Shown here: positions 1-9,334 of the stretch, piece by piece
Layout of the letters: every line of letters begins with the position of its first letter
How positions within the stretch are numbered: position 1 is the first letter of the stretch
Source of the DNA: an uncultured delta proteobacterium
GTDB taxonomy: Bacteria; Myxococcota_A; Polyangia; Polyangiales; Polyangiaceae
DNA length: 64,000 nucleotides
Assembly (NCBI GenBank): GCA_963696385.1
Contig: CAVOKF010000005.1
Span: 1,440,001-1,504,000, forward strand
Direction: 5' to 3'
Position numbers and translations under genes: made by a program
Notes under the pieces: model-generated
Database searches by the model: none
What the model was told of the DNA's origin: nothing
The model's input: the letters and a program-made list of their open reading frames with translations, nothing else

Positions 1-101
1 TGGTCATCGATAAGGTGCTTCGACTTCGGGATCTGTCGCCACTGTGGGAGATGCACAACGAAGGAATTGACTTGAAGAGTGTGGAGTGGGTCGCGCATTG
101 A
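1..101 (+). CDS. iscS: Cysteine desulfurase IscS, C-terminal end (5' partial)
   Basis: Frame from nt 3 reads [32 protein letters not shown], the typical IscS C-terminus; lies directly upstream of iscU. Confidence 0.9.
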   Translation, partial: VIDKVLRLRDLSPLWEMHNEGIDLKSVEWVAH

Positions 102-182
102 CGTGCATGGCCGACGTGCCCCGTGAGTGTGCGACAGTGACGACGATGCCAATCGATTTTTCAAAACGATAAGGACCGAACC

Positions 183-605
183 ATGGCGTACAGCGACAAA
201 GTCATCGAGCACTACGAGAACCCGAAGAACGTGGGAACGCTCGACAAGAGCGATCCGATGGTCGGCACCGGTCTGGTCGGCGCTCCTGCATGCGGCGACG
301 TGATGCGGCTGCAAATCCGAGTCAACGAACAAGGCGTCATCGAAGACGCCAAATTCAAGACATTCGGTTGCGGGTCCGCGATCGCGAGCTCCTCGCTCGC
401 CACCGAATGGATCAAGGGCAAGACGATCGACGAGGCCGAGTCGATAAAGAATTCGCAGATCGTGGACGAGCTCAATCTGCCGCCGGTCAAGATACACTGC
501 TCGGTGCTTGCCGAAGATGCGATCAAGACTGCGATCGCCGACTACCGCAAGAAGCGGTCGGATCGCAAGGCCGCCTCTATCGCGACGTCCGACGAAAAGG
601 CCTGA
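183..605 (+). CDS. iscU: Fe-S cluster scaffold protein IscU
   Basis: MAYSDKVIEHYENPKNVG, GAPACGDVM, FKTFGCGSAIASSS and LPPVKIHCS motifs. Confidence 0.98.
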   Translation: MAYSDKVIEHYENPKNVGTLDKSDPMVGTGLVGAPACGDVMRLQIRVNEQGVIEDAKFKTFGCGSAIASSSLATEWIKGKTIDEAESIKNSQIVDELNLPPVKIHCSVLAEDAIKTAIADYRKKRSDRKAASIATSDEKA

Positions 606-613
606 CGGCAGCA

Positions 614-994
614 ATGGACACGACGCATCAACAAGCCCAGGGGAAAGAGCCGAACCTTACGGTCTCGAGCGGGGCCGTCGAAGCGATCGCCAGGCAAATG
701 AGGAAACGAGGTACGCCCGAGGCGAGCCTGCGCCTCGGCATTCGAGGTGGAGGCTGTTCGGGCTTTACGTATGTGATTGAGTTTCACGACGGCCAGCCCC
801 ACCGACGAGATCGCGTCCTCGACTACCTGGCGACGGACGGAACGAGAGTGCGCGTCGTCGTGGATCCAAAGAGCCTCATCTATCTCAACGGTACGGTGCT
901 CGAATGGGAACAGACGCTGATGCGCCAAGGATTCAAGTTCGCCAATCCCAACGAAAAGAGCGGCTGCGGCTGCGGAAGCTCGTTCTCGGTGTGA
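614..994 (+). CDS. iscA: Fe-S cluster assembly accessory protein IscA (HesB family)
   Basis: GGGCSGFTY and C-terminal NPNEKSGCGCGSSFSV; ATG at 614 chosen over the ORF-track start at 290. Confidence 0.95.
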   Translation: MDTTHQQAQGKEPNLTVSSGAVEAIARQMRKRGTPEASLRLGIRGGGCSGFTYVIEFHDGQPHRRDRVLDYLATDGTRVRVVVDPKSLIYLNGTVLEWEQTLMRQGFKFANPNEKSGCGCGSSFSV

Positions 995-1506
995 TGAATC
1001 CATTTGTGGCGCTGGGCCTGGCCCAAACGTTCGACGTCGATCCGGCTGTCGCCGAGGCAAGGCACCGCGAGCTTTCGCGTGCCTTGCACCCCGACCGCTT
1101 CGTGGGCACGAGTGCGACCGAAAAGCGCCAGGCGTTGGCGAAAGCGGTGGAAGTGAACGAGGCATGGCGGATTGTGCGGGATCCGCTGCTGAGGGCAGAG
1201 GCGTTGATCCGGCTGAGCGGTGTTTCCGTGCGAGACGATGACGGCCCCAAGGCCGATCCGGCGTTTCTGATGGAGATGCTCGAGAGGCGCGAGGCTCTCG
1301 CCGAGGCGAAGGGCGCGCGCGACCTGAGCGCTGTCCAGAGGCTCGCCGAGGCCATTCAGTCCCGAATCGGGGCGGTGCAGAGTGATCTGTCGGGCGGCTT
1401 CGCGCGCGGCGAGCATGGCTCGCTGGTTGGAAAGGTGGGGGAGCTCAGGTTCTATCGGCGCTTGCTCGACGACATTGTTGCGGTCGAAGACGAACTGGCG
1501 GCGTGA
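994..1506 (+). CDS. hscB: Fe-S assembly co-chaperone HscB
   Basis: J-domain with HPD (LHPDRF) and VNEAWRIVRDPLLRA; TGATG overlap with iscA stop. Confidence 0.93.
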   Translation: MNPFVALGLAQTFDVDPAVAEARHRELSRALHPDRFVGTSATEKRQALAKAVEVNEAWRIVRDPLLRAEALIRLSGVSVRDDDGPKADPAFLMEMLERREALAEAKGARDLSAVQRLAEAIQSRIGAVQSDLSGGFARGEHGSLVGKVGELRFYRRLLDDIVAVEDELAA

Positions 1507-3402
1507 ATGGCTCTATTCGAAATATTCGATCCGAAAGCGAACCCGCGGCCGGTCGGCATCGATCTGGGCACGACCAACTCCCTGGTCGCTTACGTCGCCA
1601 ACGAACGTCCCGTTGCGATTGCCGATTGCGACCTCGAGACGCTCGTACCCAGCGTCGTCGCGTATTTGCCGAATGGCGAGGTGGTTGTGGGCCGCCGTGC
1701 TGTACGGCTGGCGTCGGAGCATCCGCGCGACACGATCGTCAGTGTGAAACGGTTCATGGGTCGCGGCGCCGACGACCCCGAGACGCGCCGTCTCGGTCCG
1801 TACGCGTTCGCTCCTCCGACGGCCGGGGAGGCCAACACGGTTCGCTTCCAGATGACCGGAGGAAGAGTCGTCACTCCCGTCGAGGTGAGCGCAGAGATCT
1901 TGCGTGCGCTCAAGGCGGTTGCGGTCGACGCTTTACGGAACGTCGGTCCCGCCGTGATCACCGTTCCGGCGTATTTCGATGACGCCCAGCGGCAGGCTAC
2001 GCGAGACGCTGCGCGTCTCGCCGGTCTGGACGTCCTGCGCCTTCTCAACGAGCCTACGGCCGCGGCACTCGCGTACGGGCTCGAGAGAAAGCACAACGGC
2101 ACGTTCGCCGTGTACGACTTGGGGGGCGGCACGTTCGATGTCACGGTGCTCGTCCTCGATGAGGGGGTCTTTCAGGTGCGGGCCACCGGCGGCGACAGTC
2201 AGCTCGGCGGCGACGACATGGATCGCGCCGTCGCGCACGAATTGCTCGGAGCACTCGGTTTCGAGGGAATCCAGCAGACTCCCCAACTCGTGCGACTCGT
2301 GCTCGACGAGGCTCGCAAGGTCAAGCACGCGCTGACCGTTCAGGAGACGGTCGATGCGGGTGTGCCGGGCCAGCGTCGCCTTACGCTCACGCGTGCGCGG
2401 TTCGACCAACTGATTCGCCCTCTCCTCGAGCGCACGGGTGCTGCGTGCTTGCGTGTGTTGAGGGATGCGGGGATCAAGGCGCAGGACTTGGACGGCGTGA
2501 TTCTCGTCGGCGGTGCGACTCGCGTGCCTGCCGTGCGCCGCTATGTCGCCGAGCTTTTCAAGAGAGAGCCGATGGACGACATCGATCCGGACCAAGTGGT
2601 CGCTCTCGGAGCAGCGATTCAGGCGGACCTGCTGGCGGGGCTCGGGCAACGCGAGGACGTCGTGCTCCTCGACGTCATCGCCTTGTCGCTCGGCATCGAG
2701 GTCGGTGGTGGCGTCGTCGACCGAGTGCTGCCGCGAAATTCGACGATTCCGTGCGCTGGGCGCGCGACGTACACCACGCAGGAGGACAATCAAACGGGCT
2801 TTGAAATCCATGTGGTACAAGGCGAGCGTGAGCTCGCCGCCGACGACCGGAGCCTCGCGCGCTTCACGCTCAAAGGTATTCCTCCGATGCCGGCGGGAAT
2901 GGCACGTCTCGAGGTCACCTTCGAGGTCGATGCCGACGGGCTGTTGAGCGTGCATGCCAAGGAGCTGACGACGGGAGTCGAGCAGACGGTCGCCGTCAGG
3001 CCGAGCTACGGGCTGGACGATGCCACCGTCGAGCGCATGCTGCTCGAGGCGCTCGATCGCGGCGAGGAGGACCTCGTCAACCGGCGGCTCGCGGAGAATC
3101 GCGTCGAAGCTCGACGAATCCTCGCGGCGGCGCGCAAAGCGATCGACCTGGACGCCGATCTTCTCCAGCCCGGGGAACGATCTCGAATCGAGAGCGCGTG
3201 GGCCGCGCTCGAGAACGCCGTGTGCGGCGACGACCCGGGGCATATCCACTCGTGCGTCGAGGCGCTCGACGATGCCACCAAGGCGTTCGCAGGTCGGCGA
3301 ATGAATCGCGCCATCGCGCGGGCCATCGAGGGCAAGCGCGTCGACGCGGTCGAGCGGTCGGTGGAGCATGCCAAGGGCGTCGAGCTGGCGCACGCTCGCT
3401 GA
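1507..3402 (+). CDS. hscA: Fe-S assembly chaperone HscA (Hsp70 family)
   Basis: [23 protein letters not shown] and DLGGGTFD Hsp70 motifs; isc operon context. Confidence 0.96.
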   Translation: MALFEIFDPKANPRPVGIDLGTTNSLVAYVANERPVAIADCDLETLVPSVVAYLPNGEVVVGRRAVRLASEHPRDTIVSVKRFMGRGADDPETRRLGPYAFAPPTAGEANTVRFQMTGGRVVTPVEVSAEILRALKAVAVDALRNVGPAVITVPAYFDDAQRQATRDAARLAGLDVLRLLNEPTAAALAYGLERKHNGTFAVYDLGGGTFDVTVLVLDEGVFQVRATGGDSQLGGDDMDRAVAHELLGALGFEGIQQTPQLVRLVLDEARKVKHALTVQETVDAGVPGQRRLTLTRARFDQLIRPLLERTGAACLRVLRDAGIKAQDLDGVILVGGATRVPAVRRYVAELFKREPMDDIDPDQVVALGAAIQADLLAGLGQREDVVLLDVIALSLGIEVGGGVVDRVLPRNSTIPCAGRATYTTQEDNQTGFEIHVVQGERELAADDRSLARFTLKGIPPMPAGMARLEVTFEVDADGLLSVHAKELTTGVEQTVAVRPSYGLDDATVERMLLEALDRGEEDLVNRRLAENRVEARRILAAARKAIDLDADLLQPGERSRIESAWAALENAVCGDDPGHIHSCVEALDDATKAFAGRRMNRAIARAIEGKRVDAVERSVEHAKGVELAHAR

Positions 3403-3419
3403 CAGCGGACACGGGATTG

Positions 3420-3788
3420 ATGACGACAGTTCGCTTCAAGGGGTTCGGCGAGGTCGAAGTGCCGGTGGGTACTACGCTTCTCGAGGCCGCGACGAAGGCG
3501 CGTTTCCCGGAGGGCAGCGCGTGTGGCGGCGTTTGCGCCTGCTCGACGTGCCACCTGTATGTGACGCGGGGTGGAGCGCTCCTCAGCGAGCAGCAGGACG
3601 AGGAGGCGGACATTCTCGACAAGGCGTTCGACGTCCGCGCGATTTCCCGGCTGGGATGTCAGTCGCGCGTCGTCGGAGAGGGCGAGGTTGAGGTCGAAAT
3701 CAGTCGCGAGAGTCTGGAGGCATACGAAAACGAACACCCGGCCGAACGCGGGAAGTACACACGGCCGGCACGGGCCTCCGAGGGCTAG
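3420..3788 (+). CDS. fdx: ISC-type 2Fe-2S ferredoxin
   Basis: ACGGVCACSTCH...SRLGCQ adrenodoxin-type motif; follows hscA. Confidence 0.94.
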   Translation: MTTVRFKGFGEVEVPVGTTLLEAATKARFPEGSACGGVCACSTCHLYVTRGGALLSEQQDEEADILDKAFDVRAISRLGCQSRVVGEGEVEVEISRESLEAYENEHPAERGKYTRPARASEG

Positions 3789-3981
3789 GGTCCGTTTCGT
3801 ACGTCCCGCGGAACTCGGCGTGCGCAGCTGCACCGCGAAGACGGACCACCCGCACGAGTCTTGTTTTTCCGGCGCTCCGCCCCCGAATCCCCAAACCAGC
3901 TCCCGCGGCTTGGCGAGTGGCCAATCCCGCAAGAACCAGTGCACTTGTGCATTCGCGCGGACTTGCGCAATGGCCCCCGAG
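3785..3981. repeat. Dispersed intergenic double-hairpin repeat, copy 1 (homologous to 38118-38311)
   Basis: Shares ordered blocks with 38118-38311: CTAGGG-TC-GTTTC, ACGGACC, CTTGTTTTTCC, TCCCCAAA, GTGGCC-ATCCCGCAAG-ACC, CATTCGCGCG-ACTTGCG. Confidence 0.75.
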
Positions 3982-4016
3982 TCCTGGTGCTTCCCGTCGG
4001 TCGCGGCGCGGTCGGC

Positions 4017-5318
4017 TCAGCTCAGGCGGATGCCCGGGGCCGGGTACCTCGCGCAGACGTCTTTCACCTCATCGGCGATCCCCGCAAGGCTGATCTCGTC
4101 CGAGGGTCGTTGCGTCACCCGATCGATCCAGTCCGCGATACGGAGCATGACGTCCGTGCCCATGCCGCGTGAGGTGACCGATGGTGTGCCGATGCGAACG
4201 CCCGAAGGATCGAAGGGCTTGCGTGCGTCGAAGGGGACTGCATTGTAATTGAGCACGATTCCCGCCCGGTCGAGCGCTCGTGCCAACGGCTTGCCGGTCA
4301 CCCCCTTGCCCGTCACGTCGACGAGCATGAGGTGATTGTCGGTTCCACCGGTGCTCACGCGGAAGCCGCGCTCGGCAAGAGCGCGCGCCAAAACGCGGGC
4401 GTTTTCGACGATGGCCTGCGCGTACAGCTTGAAATCGGGTCGCGCGGCCTCGTCGGCAGCGACGGCGATCGCTGCGGTCACATGGTTGTGTGGTCCGCCT
4501 TGCAGGCCGGGGAACACGGCCTTGTCGATCATGGCCCCGTACTCCTTCTTGCAGAAAATCATGCCGCCGCGCGGGCCACGAAATGTCTTGTGCGTCGTGG
4601 ACGTCACGACGTCGGCCACGCCGATGGGCGAGGGATGGACCCCACCGCATACGAGCCCCGCGATGTGCGCCATGTCTGCCACGAGGAGTGCTCCGACTTC
4701 GTCGGCAATGGCTCGGAAGGCCGCGAAATCGATGCGTCGCGGGTACGCAGTCGTGCCGCACCAAAGAAGCTTGGGACGATGTTCGCGGGCGAGATCGCGA
4801 ACCTGATCCAGGTCGATGAGATGGTCCTCCCTTCGCACTCCGTACTGGACACTCTTGAAGTACTTGCCGGTGATGGACACGGAGTGGCCATGAGTCAGGT
4901 GCCCGCCGGCCGAGAGCGATAGGCCCATAATCGTGTCGCCGGGTGCGCAGAACGCGAAATAAACGGCGAGGTTGGCGGGGCTTCCCGAGTACGGCTGAAC
5001 GTTCACGTGCACGTCGTCTGCCGTGACGTTGCCTGCGGCAGTGGAAGCGAAGAGGGTCTTGAGCCGTCCGATAGCCAACTCCTCGATCGGGTCAATCACC
5101 TGTTGCCCTTCGTAATAGCGCTTGTGGGCATACCCCTCCGAGTACTTGTTCGTAAGGACCGATCCGGTGGCCTCCATGACGGCGCGAGAGGCATAGTTTT
5201 CGCTGGCGATCAGGCGAATCTTGTCGTGTTCGAGGCGGCTCTCCTCCGCCACCAAGCGGGCGACGGCGGGATCCGATTCCGCAAGCGACGGATTGAAGGC
5301 AGCATGAGGCGAGGACAT
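4017..5318 (-). CDS. glyA: Serine hydroxymethyltransferase
   Basis: LIASENY, NKYSEGY, GGHLTHG and PLP-lysine motif TSTTHKTFRGPRGG. Confidence 0.98.
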   Translation of the reverse strand: MSSPHAAFNPSLAESDPAVARLVAEESRLEHDKIRLIASENYASRAVMEATGSVLTNKYSEGYAHKRYYEGQQVIDPIEELAIGRLKTLFASTAAGNVTADDVHVNVQPYSGSPANLAVYFAFCAPGDTIMGLSLSAGGHLTHGHSVSITGKYFKSVQYGVRREDHLIDLDQVRDLAREHRPKLLWCGTTAYPRRIDFAAFRAIADEVGALLVADMAHIAGLVCGGVHPSPIGVADVVTSTTHKTFRGPRGGMIFCKKEYGAMIDKAVFPGLQGGPHNHVTAAIAVAADEAARPDFKLYAQAIVENARVLARALAERGFRVSTGGTDNHLMLVDVTGKGVTGKPLARALDRAGIVLNYNAVPFDARKPFDPSGVRIGTPSVTSRGMGTDVMLRIADWIDRVTQRPSDEISLAGIADEVKDVCARYPAPGIRLS

Positions 5319-5379
5319 GCGAAGGGATGTACCAGAGCGGCTGCTGGCGCGCGATGGGCCGTGCTAAGTCTGCGGCATC

Positions 5380-6009
5380 ATGCTCCCGCTGGTGCTCGCC
5401 GCTTCGGCTCCCGCGACCACCGCCATTGCCGTCAGTCAGCCGCCGGAGTCGAATGGCGTCGAATCGGCGTCCAAACACCGCAGCGGCGTCGTCTTGGGCC
5501 TGGCGCTGGGCGTCGGCTTCGGCCATGGGGCCGGGTACCCCAACAACGCCAACGACATCGGCACGGCCGACTACTCATCGAGCGGCTGGATGCCCGGCAC
5601 GAGCGGCACTCTTCTGCTGATGGGCGCTTTGACGGACTATCTCAACTTCGGGTTCTGGTTTGCGCAGGCTGGCTTCAGGGACAGCTCGCAGAAGGCCAAC
5701 CAACTTGGCATCGGCCTTCGCGTCGAGACCTTTCCTCTTATGGCCCTGTCCCCTCGGTTATCAGGCGTCGGAGCCTTTGCCCAGTTCGGTCTGGGTGTCG
5801 CGAAGCTGACGACGCCGGGGCTGCCGGACGCGGGCGGAACGCAGTCCTACGCCGGCGCGGGCGTCTTTTACGAGTGGCCGGTTGGCCACTTCCTCGGGGG
5901 TCACGCGGGGATAGGTCCGAGCCTCGAGTACGATGCCGTCTTCACGAGACCGTACGACGCAAGTGGCCTGATCGCGAGCGCAAGGCTCGTATTCTACGGC
6001 GGACCGTAG
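5380..6009 (+). CDS. Hypothetical exported protein, probable outer-membrane beta-barrel
   Basis: Hydrophobic N-terminus, alternating Gly/aromatic beta-strand pattern, ends ARLVFYGGP. Confidence 0.6.
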   Translation: MLPLVLAASAPATTAIAVSQPPESNGVESASKHRSGVVLGLALGVGFGHGAGYPNNANDIGTADYSSSGWMPGTSGTLLLMGALTDYLNFGFWFAQAGFRDSSQKANQLGIGLRVETFPLMALSPRLSGVGAFAQFGLGVAKLTTPGLPDAGGTQSYAGAGVFYEWPVGHFLGGHAGIGPSLEYDAVFTRPYDASGLIASARLVFYGGP

Positions 6010-6046
6010 CCGACGGCTGAGGACGGCACCTGCTATCGTCTCTGGC

Positions 6047-7390
6047 GTGGCTCCCTCCGACCCGTTTGGGCTTGTCGGTGAAGTGCTCGATGGACATTTC
6101 CGCGTCGAGCGCTGCGTCGGCGAAGGGGGGTTCAGCATCGTTTACAAGGGGACCCATGTCGGGCTGGGCGAGCCCATTGCCATCAAATGCCTGAAACTCC
6201 CGGCTGCGCTTGGCTCCGCGATCGTCGAGTCGTTCATTAAGCGCTTCCGCGACGAGAGCCGTCTGCAATACAAGCTGTCGCAGGGCCATCTGCACGTCGT
6301 GCGCAGCATTGCGAGCGGAACGACAATCGCCCCTTCGACCAGCGCCCTTGTCCCGTTCACCGTACTCGAATGGCTCGAGGGGCGATCGCTTGCGGCGGAG
6401 TATGCGGACCGTCAGGAGCGCCGTCTCGGCCCCCGTCCACTGGAAGAAGTGGTGCGATTTCTGGACTCTGCAGTCGATGCGATCGCTTATGCGCACGCCC
6501 AGGGCGTGGTCCATCGGGACCTCAACCCTGGGAACTTCTTTTTGGCGAGAACCCCGGCTGGCGTGCGGGTCAAAATACTGGATTTTGGGGTCGCCAAAGT
6601 CATGGCGGACTCGGCGCTGGCGATGGGCCCCAGCGCACGCACCATCGGCAACATCCGCATGTTCGCACCCGCGTACGGGGCGCCGGAGCAATTCGATGAG
6701 CGCGTCGGCGCGATCGGTCCGTGGACGGACGTCTACGCGGTCGCCCTCGTCGCGCTCGAGGCGCTTCGAGGAGCACCGGTCGTGGACGGGGAACACCTGG
6801 GCGAGTTTGCGATGAAGGCGCTCGACCCGGTGATTCGCCCGACTCCGCGGCGGCTCGGGAGTGCGGTCGGCGACGCCGTCGAGCGAGTGTTCGCGCAGGC
6901 CGTGGCCTTGAGACCCGGAGATCGACCGCGGGACGCGGGAGAGTTCTGGGGCATGCTCAAGCATGCCATGCACGCAGATTCCGACTCGGGCCGTCCTCCA
7001 CATGCGGAGCCGTCCGCTTTCAGCCGCGAAGGCTTCGGCAACACCGTAAGCCTCGGGGAGCGCCTGGCGTCCGTAAGAGTGCCTGACGAAGTCGGTTCCC
7101 AAGCCGCCAACGCCGATTTGGCGGCCCGGGGTCGAACGCTCCGCGTGGATCGCAGCCCCGTAAGCCACGCGCCCGGGGCGGGGCTGACGGGGCCGGCACC
7201 CGAGGACAGAGCCGTCCGTGCTTCCGAGCCTGCGCCGCGGCCCTCGTCCTCGGTTACACCGGCCCCGATCGGGACGGCTGCGCCGATCGCCATTGTGGTC
7301 GCGCTCACGCTTGCCGCGCTCGGGATTGGGGGCACTCTCATTTGGTACGCGCGCTCGCACCCTCATGACGCGCCGGTCATGCATCCGTAG
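6047..7390 (+). CDS. Membrane-anchored Hanks-type Ser/Thr protein kinase
   Basis: GEGGFSIVY, AIK, HRDLNPGN, DFG, YGAPEQ and DVYA subdomains; C-terminal TM helix. Confidence 0.92.
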   Translation: MAPSDPFGLVGEVLDGHFRVERCVGEGGFSIVYKGTHVGLGEPIAIKCLKLPAALGSAIVESFIKRFRDESRLQYKLSQGHLHVVRSIASGTTIAPSTSALVPFTVLEWLEGRSLAAEYADRQERRLGPRPLEEVVRFLDSAVDAIAYAHAQGVVHRDLNPGNFFLARTPAGVRVKILDFGVAKVMADSALAMGPSARTIGNIRMFAPAYGAPEQFDERVGAIGPWTDVYAVALVALEALRGAPVVDGEHLGEFAMKALDPVIRPTPRRLGSAVGDAVERVFAQAVALRPGDRPRDAGEFWGMLKHAMHADSDSGRPPHAEPSAFSREGFGNTVSLGERLASVRVPDEVGSQAANADLAARGRTLRVDRSPVSHAPGAGLTGPAPEDRAVRASEPAPRPSSSVTPAPIGTAAPIAIVVALTLAALGIGGTLIWYARSHPHDAPVMHP

Positions 7391-7475
7391 GGCTCGCACC
7401 GGTCCGCCTTTCGGACGGGCTCCCGGAAGCGAGAGCTCGACCCGATCGCCTGACGGTGGCACAAGGGACTTTAGA

Positions 7476-8768
7476 ATGTCCGTCACCCGAGACCCCATTT
7501 CGCGCGCGCTCTTCGAGCGGGCGCGAAAAGTCATCCCCGGCGGCGTCAACAGTCCCGTCCGCGCATTTGGAGCGGTCGGGGGCACGCCGATTTTCGTGTC
7601 GCGCGCCGAAGGCGCGCACCTCTATGGGGCCGATGGGCGGCGGTACATCGACTACGTCGGCTCATGGGGTCCGATGATTCTCGGTCATGCCAACGCCGCG
7701 GTGGTGGCCGCAGTCGCCGATGCGGCTTCGCGCGGGACGAGCTACGGCGCTCCGACGGAGCTCGAGGTGCGCTTTGCCGAGCGTATTTGCGCCATCTATC
7801 CGTCGATCGAAATGGTCCGCGCCGTTTCGAGTGGAACGGAGGCGACGATGAGTGCTGTTCGCGTCGCCAGGGGCTACTCGGGGCGCGATGTCGTGGTCAA
7901 GTTCGAAGGGTGCTACCACGGGCACGCCGACTTTCTCCTCGTGAAGGCCGGCAGCGGGGCGGCGACCTTCGGCGTTCCGGATTCGGCCGGGGTTCCCGCG
8001 GCGACCGCGGCGAACACGCTCACGCTGCCTTACAATGATCTGGCCGCGCTTCGCTCCTTGTTTGCGAATCGCGGCAAGGAAATCGCTGCGGTCATCGTGG
8101 AGCCGGTCGTCGGCAACATGGGCGTCGTACCGCCGGCCCCCGGCTTTCTCGAAGCGATCGTGAGCGAGTGCGCGCTCTACGGGGCCCTGTCGATCTTCGA
8201 TGAGGTCATGACAGGTTGTCGCGTGGCTCGCGGCGGAATGCAGCAGCGAGCGGGGTTACGACCGGACATGACCTGTCTCGGCAAGATCGTCGGGGGTGGT
8301 CTGCCACTCGCCGTCTACGGAGGCAAGCGCGCCGTCATGGAGCGAGTGGCCCCCCTGGGCCCGGTCTATCAGGCTGGCACCTTGAGTGGAAATCCCGTGG
8401 CTATGAGCGCGGGTCTGGCGACGCTGGATCAGTTGGACGACGACCTGTACGAGCGCCTCGAGGCGCTCGCCGCCCGGCTGGAGAGCGGCTTGAATCAGTC
8501 CATTGCGGCTCACGGCGTCAGCGCATGTGTGCAGCGTGTCGGATCGATGATCACCCTGTTCTTTGCCCACGGCCCCATCCGCTGTTGGGGACACGCCACT
8601 CTCTGCGACACGAAGGCTTTCGCACGTTGGCACCGTGCGATGCTCGATCATCTCGTCTACTGGCCTCCGTCCCAGTTCGAGGCCGCGTTCGTGAGCGCGG
8701 CGCACACCGATGCCCTGATCGACGAAACAATCCGGGTGTCCGACGAAGCGCTTTCGGGCTTCGAGTAA
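7476..8768 (+). CDS. hemL: Glutamate-1-semialdehyde 2,1-aminomutase
   Basis: PGGVNSPVRAF, SSGTEATMSA, FDEVMTG, GKIVGGGLP and YQAGTLSGNP. Confidence 0.98.
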   Translation: MSVTRDPISRALFERARKVIPGGVNSPVRAFGAVGGTPIFVSRAEGAHLYGADGRRYIDYVGSWGPMILGHANAAVVAAVADAASRGTSYGAPTELEVRFAERICAIYPSIEMVRAVSSGTEATMSAVRVARGYSGRDVVVKFEGCYHGHADFLLVKAGSGAATFGVPDSAGVPAATAANTLTLPYNDLAALRSLFANRGKEIAAVIVEPVVGNMGVVPPAPGFLEAIVSECALYGALSIFDEVMTGCRVARGGMQQRAGLRPDMTCLGKIVGGGLPLAVYGGKRAVMERVAPLGPVYQAGTLSGNPVAMSAGLATLDQLDDDLYERLEALAARLESGLNQSIAAHGVSACVQRVGSMITLFFAHGPIRCWGHATLCDTKAFARWHRAMLDHLVYWPPSQFEAAFVSAAHTDALIDETIRVSDEALSGFE

Positions 8769-8801
8769 TCGAGATTCCGGCGGCCGCGCCCTCGGGGCGC
8801 G

Positions 8802-9188
8802 CTACTGTAAAGCGGCGGGCGTGCGCTCTTCGTCCAGGACTGCGCTCACTCGGTTCTCCGGGTCGACGTGAACCACCCGCGGTTTGCGTACGGCGGCCTC
8901 GTCTTCCGTCATCCACCCATAGCTTGCGAGGATGACGAGATCGCCCGGCCTGACGAGATGCGCTGCGGCACCGTTGATGCCGACCTCACCCGAACCGCGT
9001 CGCCCGGCAATGACGTACGTCGAAAGTCTGGCGCCGTTCGTCACATCGTAGATGTCGATTTTTTCATTGGCGAGAAACCCAGCCGCGTCGACCAGATCGG
9101 CATCGATGGTGATAGAGCCCACATAGTTCAGGTCGGCGCGGGTAACCGTCGCCCGATGGATCTTTCCAAGCAAAAAATGCCGCAGCAT
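8802..9188 (-). CDS. panD: Aspartate 1-decarboxylase proenzyme
   Basis: [21 protein letters not shown] (Gly-Ser cleavage site) and NGAAAHLV. Confidence 0.97.
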   Translation of the reverse strand: MLRHFLLGKIHRATVTRADLNYVGSITIDADLVDAAGFLANEKIDIYDVTNGARLSTYVIAGRRGSGEVGINGAAAHLVRPGDLVILASYGWMTEDEAAVRKPRVVHVDPENRVSAVLDEERTPAALQ

Positions 9189-9334
9189 GTTCTCCTCGGT
9201 CGGGGCCACGAATGGGTCCCCGCCTGCCTTTGAAAATGAGGCCAGCCGGGTCGCAGGTCAATCCCGCAGCTTAGGAACCCATCCAGAACCCCGTCCCTTC
9301 GTCTCGGCCGCGCCGGTCGGTCGGGCTCGGTTCG

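Noticed and set aside
3785..3970. 61-aa minus-strand ORF between fdx and glyA
   Set aside because: No recognisable motif; coincides with the dispersed non-coding repeat
6512..6535. Kinase catalytic loop HRDLNPGN instead of HRDLKPxN (possible pseudokinase)
   Set aside because: Catalytic Asp and Asn, the AIK lysine and DFG are intact; substitutions at this position are common in myxobacterial kinases
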